NCBI GenBank assembly: GCA_963727525.1 | Contig: CAVSGO010000007.1 | Span: forward strand, 1,888,001 to 1,952,000 | Origin: an uncultured bacterium | Lineage (GTDB): Bacteria > Krumholzibacteriota > Krumholzibacteriia > LZORAL124-64-63 | Length of the DNA stretch: 64,000 bases | Direction: 5' to 3' | Shown: in pieces, positions 56,167 to 64,000 of the stretch | Layout of the letters: each line of letters starts with the position of its first letter | Position numbering within the stretch: the first letter of the stretch is position 1 | The notes under the pieces: generated by a model | The model's database searches: none | What the model was told of the DNA's origin: nothing | Seen by the model: the letters and a program-made list of their open reading frames with translations, nothing else | Translations under genes and position numbers: made by a program

Positions 56167-57153
56167 ATGCTCAGACGTAGGCTGCTGACGATGGGTCTGC
56201 TCATGCTCGCCGGATTGCTGCTATTCCCGGCTTCGGGTATGGCCAAGGACCGACTGGCGTTTTCCGGTGGCCCGGAGGGAGGAACGTTCCAGTACTTCTC
56301 CAACGGCATCGCGATCTACCTGTCGAAGAACGTGCCGAATCTCGAGGTCTCCAACATGGCATCGGCAGGTTCGCTGGAGAATCTGCGTCGCGTGAATTCG
56401 GGCGAGGCCGATTTCGGCATCGTCTACTCGGGCGACACCTTCCTGGGCCGCAATGGTCGGCTGACCAAGGACGACAACAAGTACGAGAATGTGCTCGCGA
56501 TGGCGTATCTCTACGGCGCGCCCGCGCACCTCGTCGTGCTCGAGGGAAGCGGCATCAATTCCGTGGCCGACCTCGCGGGCAAGCGCGTGGCCGTTGGCGG
56601 CGCCGGCTCCGGCGCGGCGAGCGCTGCGCAGCGCTACTTCGAGGCGCTCGGGCTCTGGGACAAGATGAAGATCGAGTTCCTGGGCTATGACAAGGCTGCC
56701 GACGCGATCGGCGACGGCCTCATCGACGCGTTCTGGGTCTTTGCCGGCTATCCCATGGCGGCGGTCATCCAAGCGGCGGCGAGCAACAAGATCAAGTTGC
56801 TGTCGCTCGTGGACGAGGGGCAGAAGGCTGGATTCTTCGACAAGTACCCCTTCTACACCAAACTCACGATCCCCGCCGGCACGTACAGCGGCGTCGACTA
56901 TCCCGTCGACTCGTTCCAGGACTCCGCCCTCTGGGTCGCGGGCAAGCACGTGAGCGCCGATCACGTGAAGGCCGCCCTGGAAAACGTGTTCTCCAAGGAA
57001 GGCATGGCCTACATGGTCAAGGTCAAGAGCACGGCGAAGGCCATGAGCATCAAGGGCGCACTGACCGGTATCGTCACGCCGCTGCATCCGGGCGCCGAGG
57101 CGTTCTGGAAGGCGCAGGGCCTCACGATCACACCGCAGCAGGCGGCCCCCTGA
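56167..57153 (+). CDS. TAXI family TRAP transporter solute-binding protein
   Basis: Signal peptide; 'GGPEGGTF', 'AGSLENL', 'DLAGKRV', 'PLHPGA'. Confidence 0.92.
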   Translation: MLRRRLLTMGLLMLAGLLLFPASGMAKDRLAFSGGPEGGTFQYFSNGIAIYLSKNVPNLEVSNMASAGSLENLRRVNSGEADFGIVYSGDTFLGRNGRLTKDDNKYENVLAMAYLYGAPAHLVVLEGSGINSVADLAGKRVAVGGAGSGAASAAQRYFEALGLWDKMKIEFLGYDKAADAIGDGLIDAFWVFAGYPMAAVIQAAASNKIKLLSLVDEGQKAGFFDKYPFYTKLTIPAGTYSGVDYPVDSFQDSALWVAGKHVSADHVKAALENVFSKEGMAYMVKVKSTAKAMSIKGALTGIVTPLHPGAEAFWKAQGLTITPQQAAP

Positions 57154-57168
57154 TCCTCGTCTCATCCT

Positions 57169-57199
57169 CCAGGAGCGGGGCAGTCCGTCCTGCTCCTGG
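57169..57199 (+). other. Intergenic stem-loop between SBP and permease genes
   Basis: CCAGGAGCGGG...CCTGCTCCTGG; position typical of mRNA-stabilising hairpins. Confidence 0.5.
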
Positions 57200-57228
57200 C
57201 ACCCCCGAAGCATCGCCCGGGAGACACC

Positions 57229-59661
57229 ATGGCCGAGTCCGATCCCAACGCCCCCGATCTGGCTGACGTCCAGGACAAGCAGAAGCTCGAGAAGCTGATG
57301 GAGCAGGACGCGAAGACGGCCCGCAGTCCGAGCAGCTTGTGGCGGTATCTGATCGCCGCGCTCGGTGGCTTCATGGTGATCTTCTACTTCTACGCCGCGG
57401 GCGTGGCGTCGGTGGCCACGCAGTACCATCGCGGCGTCTACGTGTTCATCACGTACGTGCTGGTCTTCCTGATGTACCCCGTGGGGCGTGGCTGGCTGCG
57501 CTACCCGCTGAGCCTGTTCCTCGGCGCCGTGATCGCCTGCACGGTGGCCGTGCTCACCGCATTTCCCGACGTGGACGCCTTCCACGCGCGTCTGATGGAG
57601 GTCGGCGAGCAGTGGTCGTCGAGCGGCCCTGGCGCGGGCATCGGCAGCGCGATGGGGCTCTGGTGGCTCGGTGTCCTCGCCGTGGTCCTGGCAGCCGGCA
57701 TCCTCCTGGGCGATCGCCGGCTGCAGGCGCGGTCGCCCCACAACCCGGACCTCTCGGACACCCTCCTCGCCCTCGTCGCGGCCGCGGTCGTGATCTACTG
57801 GATCAAGGAATTCGAGAATCTCAACTACCGCGCGGGTGCCGAGAACAATCTCGATGCGCTCGTGAGCATCGTGGGCATCGTGCTCAGCCTCGAGGTGTGC
57901 CGGCGCGTGCTCGGCTGGGCAATGGCGCTGATCGGCATCAGCATGCTGTGCTACGCCTACTTCGGACCTTATCTGCCGGACATCATCGCACACCGCGGCT
58001 TCGGGATCGAGCGCCTCTGCACGGCGTTGTACCTGACGACCAACGGCGTCTTCGGCGTCATGGCCAACGTGCTCGCCACCTACGTCATCCTGTTCATCTT
58101 CTTCGGCGCCTTCCTGCAGCGCTCGGGCGCCGGACGCTTCTTCATCGATCTGCCGATGGCGCTCGCCGGGCGCAGCACCGGCGGCCCGGCTAAGGTGGCC
58201 GTCATGGCCTCGGCCCTCTTCGGCTCGGTGTCAGGCAGCGCGATCGCCAACACCGTATCCACCGGCGCCTTCACCATCCCGCTCATGAAGCGGGCCGGAT
58301 TCCGGCCGCACATCGCCGGCGCGATCGAACCGGCGGCGTCGATCGGCGGCATGTTCATGCCCCCGGTGATGGGCGCCGGCGGCTTCCTCATGGCCGAACT
58401 CACCGAGACGCCCTACTCGCACATCATGCTCATCGCGATCGGGCCGGCCCTGCTCTACTTCTTCTCGGTGTTCTGCATGATCCACTTCGAGGCGAAGAAA
58501 TACAAGATCGAGGGCATCATCGAGGCCGGGCAGCCGAGCGCCTGGCAGGTGCTCAAGGCCGACTGGTACTACTCCCTGCCGCTCGTCGTGATCACCGTAC
58601 TCATGATCATGGGGCACTCGCCGGGCTTCAGCGCGTTCTGGGCCACGCTCTCTTGCATCGCCGTGAGCTGGGTGCGCAAGGAGACGCGCATGGGACCGCG
58701 CGCGATCTGGGAAGCCATCCAGACCGGCGCCCGGAACACGCTCATCATCGGCGCCACGCTCGGCGTGATCGGCATCATCGTGGGCACCATCTCGCTCACC
58801 GGCATCGGCCTCAAGTTCTCGGACATCATCATCTCCATGGCCAACGGCAATCTGCTCGTGGCGATCTTGCTGGTGGGCCTGGCCTCGCTGGTGCTGGGCA
58901 TGGGCGTGCCGGTGACGGCAGCCTACCTTATCACCGCCGTGCTCGCCGTGCCGCCGCTCATGGAGCTGGGCGTGGTGCTCATCGCCGCGCACATGATCGT
59001 CTACTGGTTCAGCCAGGACTCCAACATCACACCGCCGGTGTGCGTGGCCGCCTACGCGGGCGCCGCCATCGCGGGCTCCGATCCCTGGAAAACCGGCTGG
59101 ACCGCGTTCAAGTTCGCCAAGCTGCTGTATGTCATGCCCGTTCTCTTCGCATTCACTCCTTCGATCCTCTTCGAGGGCCGGCCTCTCACGGCACCGCAGT
59201 TCGACGACGAGATCATGGGCGCCATGGTCACGGACGTGAAGGTGAATGCCGGCGATGCCGTCGACAAGGGCGATGTGATCGCCCTGGTCCTCGACGGTGA
59301 GCAGGTGAAGGAACTGAAAGCCAACCATGAGGGCGTCCTCAAGGACCTGACCATCAAGCGCGGCGAGTTCCTCGACAGCGGCCGCGTGATCGCCGAGATG
59401 CGCGCGAAGAAGATGATGGTCTTCTCCTCCATGTTCTCCGCCGTGCTGGGCACGATGGCGTTCTCCGCCCTCTCGATGTTCTATTTCTTGCGAAAGACGA
59501 ACGTCATCGAGTGGATCCTGCTGGCCGCCGGCACCGTGTTGCTTTACTGGCCCGGGTTCCCCACCGATGGTGCTGGACTCGTGCTCGTGGCTCTGGTCTA
59601 CTTCCTCCAGAAGACGCGTAACCGCCGTGACGCGGCGCGGGCGACCCTGGCCCCCGCGTAG
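57229..59661 (+). CDS. TRAP transporter fused 4TM/12TM permease with biotinyl/lipoyl-like insert
   Basis: 'GGPAKVAV', 'SGSAIAN', 'TIPLMK', 'PPVMGAGGF', 'LGMGVP', 'ITPPVC'; insert at about 59194-59406. Confidence 0.92.
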   Translation: MAESDPNAPDLADVQDKQKLEKLMEQDAKTARSPSSLWRYLIAALGGFMVIFYFYAAGVASVATQYHRGVYVFITYVLVFLMYPVGRGWLRYPLSLFLGAVIACTVAVLTAFPDVDAFHARLMEVGEQWSSSGPGAGIGSAMGLWWLGVLAVVLAAGILLGDRRLQARSPHNPDLSDTLLALVAAAVVIYWIKEFENLNYRAGAENNLDALVSIVGIVLSLEVCRRVLGWAMALIGISMLCYAYFGPYLPDIIAHRGFGIERLCTALYLTTNGVFGVMANVLATYVILFIFFGAFLQRSGAGRFFIDLPMALAGRSTGGPAKVAVMASALFGSVSGSAIANTVSTGAFTIPLMKRAGFRPHIAGAIEPAASIGGMFMPPVMGAGGFLMAELTETPYSHIMLIAIGPALLYFFSVFCMIHFEAKKYKIEGIIEAGQPSAWQVLKADWYYSLPLVVITVLMIMGHSPGFSAFWATLSCIAVSWVRKETRMGPRAIWEAIQTGARNTLIIGATLGVIGIIVGTISLTGIGLKFSDIIISMANGNLLVAILLVGLASLVLGMGVPVTAAYLITAVLAVPPLMELGVVLIAAHMIVYWFSQDSNITPPVCVAAYAGAAIAGSDPWKTGWTAFKFAKLLYVMPVLFAFTPSILFEGRPLTAPQFDDEIMGAMVTDVKVNAGDAVDKGDVIALVLDGEQVKELKANHEGVLKDLTIKRGEFLDSGRVIAEMRAKKMMVFSSMFSAVLGTMAFSALSMFYFLRKTNVIEWILLAAGTVLLYWPGFPTDGAGLVLVALVYFLQKTRNRRDAARATLAPA

Positions 59662-59687
59662 GCTGCCGAGGGACGAGGAGGGCGACG

Positions 59688-60200
59688 ATGCTGCCGAAGA
59701 TCGAGCGCATTCTCTACTGCACCCAGCTGGGGCCCAACACCCCCTGCGTGTTCCGTTACGCGTACTCGCTGGCCAAGAGTTTGCCGGCCAAGATCACGGT
59801 GCTCCACGTGGTGGAAACGCTCTCGCCCAGGCAGCGGTCCATGGTCGACGGCTACGCCGGCGAGGGCGCGATCGAGCACATCGTCGACGAGCAGGAAGAG
59901 GCGCAGATGGGTCGGATCCCCCGGCGCATCGCCGCGTTCTGCACCCGCGAGATCGGCGAAGAGGACTGGACCCAGGTGGTCGACCGCATCCTCGTGGCCG
60001 AGGGCAAGGCCCCCAGGCAGATCCTCGACCACATCGCGAGCACAAGGGCCGACCTGGTCGTCATGGGCGTGCACGGCAAGCCCTCGATGCTCGAGAACAT
60101 CCTCGGCGGCACCGCCCGCTACGTCGTCCAGCACAGCCAGGTGCCCGTGCTCATGTGCCAGTGCCCCGAGGGCAAGCAAGCGACGAGCCTGGAGTTGTAG
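59688..60200 (+). CDS. Universal stress protein (TRAP-associated, TeaD-like)
   Basis: 'RILY', 'TVLHVV', 'ADLVVMGVHG', 'LGGTARYVV...PVL'. Confidence 0.9.
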   Translation: MLPKIERILYCTQLGPNTPCVFRYAYSLAKSLPAKITVLHVVETLSPRQRSMVDGYAGEGAIEHIVDEQEEAQMGRIPRRIAAFCTREIGEEDWTQVVDRILVAEGKAPRQILDHIASTRADLVVMGVHGKPSMLENILGGTARYVVQHSQVPVLMCQCPEGKQATSLEL

Positions 60201-60377
60201 CCAACCCGCCGCTGGCTGGAATTTCTGGCTCACAGACAAGAAATCTGACATAACCGACATCGTCGTGGCAACTCCGGGAACGCGCACTCCGGCAGCCGCG
60301 GTCGTGGGCCAGAAAACTCCCGTCCCCACCACCTGCAGGTATTATCTTGCCCCTCCCGAAGCCGGAAGGAGCCCGCA

Positions 60378-62516
<2,139 letters not shown>

Positions 62517-62602
62517 CGGCTGCGATGGGCGTCACGGGCAGGTCCACGATCATTTTGATAGGGACCATGATGTCGCCCTTCGACGGAATCCCAGACGTGG
62601 CG

Positions 62603-63361
62603 TCAGACCACGTCCACGAGGTCCACCCGGTCGAAGATGTGGTGGGGACGATAGGGGAACTGCGCCAGGTCGGCGCGCTGGCTCACGCCCGAGAGCACGA
62701 GCACGGTCTCCACGCCGGCCTGGATGCCGGCGAGGATGTCGGTGTGCATGTTGTCGCCGATGATGACGGCGTTCTCGCTGTGGGCGTCGAGGCGGTTGAG
62801 GGCGGCGCGCATCATCCAGGCCTGGGGTTTGCCCATGTAAAGGGGCTGTTTGCCGGTCATGCGTTCGATCGGGGCGCAGAAGGCGCCGCAGGCGGGCTGG
62901 CCGCCGGGGCCGACGACATCGGGATTGGTGGCGATGAAGCGGGCGCCCTCGCGCACGTGGTAGGCCGCCGCGCGGATCATGTCCCAGTTGTAGGCGCGCG
63001 TCTCGCCCACGACCACGAAGTCGGGATCGATGTCCGTGATCGTGAAGCCCACGTCGTACAGCGCCTTGGTCAGGCCGCCCTCGCCCACCACGTAGGCCTT
63101 GCGGCCATCCTGCTGAGCCAGGAAATCGGCCGTGGCCAGGGCCGAGGTGTAGAACAGCTCCGGGGTCACGTCGATACCCCCCGCGCCGAGACGGTTCTGC
63201 AGGTCGCGATCGGTCTGCGACGGGTAGTTGGTCAGCAGCACGAGTGGGTTGCCCTGCGCGCGCACGCGCTGCACGAAGGCGGCGGCCCCGGGCAGGGCGG
63301 CGTTGTCGTGCATGAGCACACCGTCGATGTCACAGATCACGGCCTTGAGCCCGTCGGGCAT
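62603..63361 (-). CDS. nagD: HAD-IIA family hydrolase (NagD/UMP phosphatase)
   Basis: 'CDIDGVL', 'LTNYPSQT', 'ATNPD', 'GKP', 'IGDNMHTDI'. Confidence 0.9.
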   Translation of the reverse strand: MPDGLKAVICDIDGVLMHDNAALPGAAAFVQRVRAQGNPLVLLTNYPSQTDRDLQNRLGAGGIDVTPELFYTSALATADFLAQQDGRKAYVVGEGGLTKALYDVGFTITDIDPDFVVVGETRAYNWDMIRAAAYHVREGARFIATNPDVVGPGGQPACGAFCAPIERMTGKQPLYMGKPQAWMMRAALNRLDAHSENAVIIGDNMHTDILAGIQAGVETVLVLSGVSQRADLAQFPYRPHHIFDRVDLVDVV

Positions 63362-63999
63362 CACGAGGCCTCCTGGGAGGAATCGCAGGGGTCGATATCC
63401 CCCGGCAGCGGGAACCAGCGCAACGCCTCCTGTGCCGCGTCGGCGAGGCAGGCCGCACCCGACGCGGGGCGGCAGGCGCCATGCGCCTTCATGAGCGCAC
63501 AGGCCTGATCGAGGTAGCCGGCCAGCGCGCTGGTGGGCGCCGCGGCGTGACTCGCGCGTGGCGACGGGCAACCATCGGCATAGCTCAGACCGCCCAGCGA
63601 ATGCGTCGGCGGGGCCACCCAGGTACGATGGCGCCAGATGCCGGTATCCGCGTCGAAGAGATAATCCGGCAGCAGGCGCCAGCCGTCATTCGCCAGACAG
63701 TGCACGGCCTCGACGATGTAGTCGAAAGTGACCTCGTCGATGAAGTAGTTCAGGTTCACCCGCACCCAGCCGGGCTTCACGCCCTCGTGGCCGCTCTGGA
63801 TCGCGGCATGGAACTGTTGCGAGCGCGCCAGATCGATGCCCAGCAAGCGGTGGCCGTACGGCCCGGCGCACGAGCAGCCGCCTCGCGACTGGATGCCGAA
63901 GAGATCGTTCAGCAACGCGACCACGAAGTTGTGGTGCAACAGACGCTTGCCTTGCCGCACCACGAAGGAGACGATGGACAGACGCTTGGCATCGCGGTT
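63361..63999 (-). CDS. Class V PLP-dependent aminotransferase/cysteine desulfurase-like protein, C-terminal part (truncated by window)
   Basis: 'LHHNFVVALLNDLFGIQSRGGCSCAGPYGHRLL', 'KPGWVR'. Confidence 0.82.
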   Translation of the reverse strand, partial: NRDAKRLSIVSFVVRQGKRLLHHNFVVALLNDLFGIQSRGGCSCAGPYGHRLLGIDLARSQQFHAAIQSGHEGVKPGWVRVNLNYFIDEVTFDYIVEAVHCLANDGWRLLPDYLFDADTGIWRHRTWVAPPTHSLGGLSYADGCPSPRASHAAAPTSALAGYLDQACALMKAHGACRPASGAACLADAAQEALRWFPLPGDIDPCDSSQEAS

Positions 64000-64000
64000 G

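Overview
High-GC bacterial chromosomal window with about 47 genes. Six exported proteins end in an FlgD-Ig/T9SS-type 'PNPFNP...WDG...ASG.Y' C-terminal domain, which suggests (inference) an FCB-group lineage such as Krumholzibacteriota/Latescibacterota. Contents in order: MATE (partial), an NhaC-like antiporter and an SdrD-like lipoprotein; a metal-uptake locus (CxxCH/RAPP leader ORF, outer-membrane barrel, ZnuA-like SBP, permease, no ATPase); a starch locus (pullulanase, TPR lipoprotein, alpha-amylase); four-subunit porCDAB; an ArsR-permease-thioredoxin-CcdA operon; an apparently intact IS1-like element with 21-bp TIRs; a papain-like protease; priA; a five-gene c-di-GMP cassette containing two histidine kinase/HD-GYP hybrids; tsaD, nnr and a HAD hydrolase; CPBP protease, TspO, a TPR-CHAT protein and an M1 aminopeptidase; an exported Tpx; an 8-Cys secreted mini-protein next to a redoxin; a BNR/VPS10-like protein; a TAXI-TRAP system whose permease carries a lipoyl-like insert; USP, Tex, NagD and a partial class V aminotransferase. 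No rRNA, tRNA or CRISPR array was seen. The best candidates for undescribed biology are the kinase/degenerate HD-GYP cassette, the Cys-rich peptide plus redoxin pair, the RAPP-arrest-controlled metal locus and the lipoyl-like domain inside the TRAP permease. All calls come from motif recognition by eye; no searches were run.
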